A DNA stretch of 64,000 nucleotides from Octopus vulgaris (Eukaryota), in NCBI GenBank assembly GCA_951406725.2, contig OX597820.1:14694001-14758000 (forward strand), given 5' to 3'. Shown piece by piece: positions 63,868 to 64,000 of this stretch. The notes below the pieces were generated by a model. That model searched no databases, was not told the origin of the DNA, and worked only from the letters and a program-made list of their open reading frames with translations. Positions within the stretch are counted from its first letter, which is position 1, and the number at the start of each line of letters is the position of its first letter. Both the position numbers and the translations under genes were made by a program.

Positions 63868-64000
63868 TTAACCCTTTTGATACCAACCTGCTTGAAACTG
63901 CCTCTGGCTCTGTACTACAAATGTCTTGTTCCCATAAGTTTTGAATTAAAATCTTCCACCAAACCTTAGTCACAATTTATGTTCCCAACACTAGCTTAAT
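63868..64000. mobile_element. Family A MITE (runs off window end)
   Basis: TTAA-CCCTTTTGATACC plus body. Confidence 0.88.

Overview
AT-rich, microsatellite-dense animal DNA, almost certainly an octopus (cephalopod) genome judging by the repeat families (recalled, not searched). No intact protein-coding gene is visible. Most listed ORFs are microsatellite or SINE artefacts. The window looks like part of a very long intron. It is filled with three tRNA-derived SINE families (labelled here M, O and C), 5'-truncated RTE-clade LINE 3' ends with (GAT)n tails (family R), RTE and CR1 reverse-transcriptase relics, TTAA-flanked piggyBac-type MITEs and weaker Tc1, Helitron and Penelope relics. Best leads: (1) several short plus-strand exon candidates whose lengths are multiples of 3 and which are all open in phase 2, the best at 4741-4770 and 12760-12777; (2) a tandem pair of minimal hammerhead-ribozyme-like motifs inside a (GATA)n tract; (3) MITE multimers carrying the same ~25-bp spacer at two loci 45 kb apart; (4) an RTE insertion with twin-priming-type 5' inversion; (5) a pre-miRNA-like hairpin at 58184-58249. 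All are hypotheses from manual reading. Repeat boundaries are approximate, and many further degraded SINE fragments are not listed individually.
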